Source: Anthoceros angustus
Lineage: Eukaryota > Plantae > Anthocerotophyta
NCBI GenBank assembly: GCA_010909165.1
Contig: MU008169.1
Span: forward strand, 682,001 to 746,000
Reading direction: 5' to 3'
DNA: 64,000 nucleotides
Within the stretch, counting starts at the first letter, position 1; every line of letters begins with the position of its first letter. The translations under genes and the position numbers were made by a program. The notes beneath the pieces are model-generated. The model had not been told where the DNA came from. It worked only from the letters and a program-made list of their open reading frames with translations, and searched no databases. This document shows positions 63,160 through 64,000 of the stretch, in pieces.

Positions 63160-63984
63160 GCCCGCAGAATCTTGAAAACCGAACCTTCCAGAGAGAGCTG
63201 CGACAGTGGACTGGCTACAGCTCCCTTTGTGCTGCCATCAGGAGTCACCTAGTCTGGCCGACTAAGCTTCAAGACATTTCTGACAAGCAGGTTTCTCTTT
63301 ACACGAAGAATGATGATACATATAATCAAATGACGCACAGATGTTCATCCCTGCCCTGGGCACTAGATTCCTACTCTTCTCGTGAAAAATGTGGTGACAT
63401 GAGAGCGTAGCATGTTGGCCCGGTGATAAGGTAACGGTCAAGATCCAATGATCGCCCAGCGAATCCGGGTCCAAGAGCTGTAGCCAATGCCCTTGATTGG
63501 CGGGCAGCCTCTCTCGGCTGGGATCAGGAAGTACCCGGTTTCGCTGAAAAGGAGCCAAGTCATCTGTGACAAGGAAAGGCTCCTCAGCACTGCGGTCAAA
63601 CTGAAGAGCATCATCGAATCTTACCGTCCGCTGAAAGGAAAAATCACCACCGGCAGTCATGACAGGAGTAGCATTCGAGACTTGTTCCTGGGCCTGGTCA
63701 GGGGTTCTGTCCATTGAGGGCTGAGCCGTAGGATCCGGCTCCAGCGATTCTGTCTGTCCAGCCACTGACTGGAGGGCTACAGCTTCCTCTGCGCTGTCAT
63801 CAGGAGGTTCCCTGTTTGGAAGAACAGGCTCCAAGTCATTTGCGACAAGCAAAGGCTCCTGAGCACTGCGGCTAAACTGCAAAGCATCATCGAACCTTAC
63901 CCTCCAATTGACGGAAAACCCACCACCACCGCCAAGAATGTACGGAATAGCATGCTCGTGGACCCGGAAAGCGACTCTGTGCAC
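63160..63984 (-). CDS. unknown protein with repeated VRFDDALQFxRSAxEPxLV module (extends beyond the window)
   Basis: 240-aa ORF 63262-63984 with two copies of the module; a partial third copy at 63160-63270; homologous to 11240-11460. Confidence 0.5.
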
Positions 63985-64000
63985 TGAGGGCTCATAAGTA

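Overview
Transposon-dense eukaryotic window, most consistent with a non-seed land plant (inferred from Ty1/copia elements with tRNAiMet primer sites and a DRD1/CLSY-type SNF2 gene). Near-identical repeat copies differ by scattered 1-nt indels, so many frameshifts may be long-read assembly errors. Left part: a tandem copia array with a shared LTR (1-9306), a DRD1/CLSY-like remodeller (9494-~11750) with an internally deleted paralog, and a 2.2-kb non-autonomous TIR element (17811-19991). Positions 20749-60665 form one nested structure. A MITE-like shell contains TIR element X (21219-60402, TSD TAAC). X contains copia C (28421-51106) and a gypsy-like/LTR block (~52040-57200). Copia C in turn contains an X-family end fragment, TIR element B (32155-41262) and copia D (44111-50360). 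Main finding: the two divergent DUF7869/Sola-like transposons B and X each carry, divergent from the transposase, a cargo gene for a ParB-like (GGNH) domain joined to a beta-class N6-adenine/N4-cytosine DNA methyltransferase-like domain. X also carries a KDZ/Zisupton-like gene remnant. Copia D carries a 5S-rRNA promoter-like fragment in its 3' region. All domain calls were made by eye from motifs, not by database search.
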